64,000 bases of DNA from Andalucia godoyi And28 (lineage: Eukaryota > Protista > Jakobida). Positions 63,935 through 64,000 of this stretch are shown in pieces (positions within the stretch are counted from its first letter, which is position 1; every line of letters starts with the position of its first letter). The stretch lies in contig VRVR01000020.1 in assembly GCA_009859145.1 (NCBI GenBank), positions 179,403 through 243,402 on the forward strand, given 5' to 3'. The notes beneath the pieces were generated by a model. The model was not told the origin of the DNA. It did not search any database and saw only the letters and a list, made by a program, of their open reading frames with translations. The position numbers and the translations under genes are program-made.

Positions 63935-64000
63935 CAGTAGTAGTAGGTAATAATAATACTTTCATCATTTAACAAGGGGTGCTGTTTATTACACCGGCTG

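Noticed and set aside
741-63975. Numerous 60-250 aa ORFs antisense to or overlapping the called genes
   Set aside because: Shadow ORFs of real coding sequence with no independent family motifs.
1-64000. CRISPR array, rRNA or recoded stop codons
   Set aside because: No regularly spaced repeat-spacer array and no rRNA signatures. TAA, TAG and TGA all end conserved genes at expected positions, consistent with the standard code.

Overview
Gene-dense eukaryotic nuclear DNA, probably from a free-living flagellated heterotrophic protist. It has a ciliary AHI1 gene, short intergenic spacers with microsatellites, and sparse 80-180 nt GT-AG introns with GTATGT/GTACGT-type donors. The exact taxon cannot be determined from the sequence. 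About 34 protein-coding genes are supportable, mostly housekeeping (AHI1, CDK5RAP3, APC10, NCL-type exchanger, CEPT, V-ATPase C, CSN1, KAS, Pcc1, 6PGD, importin-4, RPA1, GNL3, KBL, DDX10, MFS, COMMD2, CAF-1 p60 and others), plus one tRNA-Trp(CCA). The most notable content is not annotated by the ORF track. (1) Two divergent, internally deleted Fanzor2/TnpB-type elements (about 20.5-21.0 kb on -, about 27.9-28.2 kb on +). Both have lost most of the nuclease but keep a structured 3' end with GNRA/UUCG hairpins and a predicted pseudoknot conserved by compensatory changes, i.e. candidate omegaRNA-only guide cassettes. (2) A three-exon ~800-aa chimeric peroxin combining a PEX14-like TM/coiled coil, a PEX5/PEX20-type PEX7-binding box and a PEX39-type KPWE module. 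(3) Two copies of a ~520-bp TA-flanked MITE-like element with identical arms, a hypervariable core and a strongly folding terminus. (4) An apparent MSP-domain/dynactin p62 fusion and an NF-YA-like protein lacking the DNA-binding helix. All family assignments come from motif recognition without database searches. Start codons and splice sites were refined by reading the sequence.
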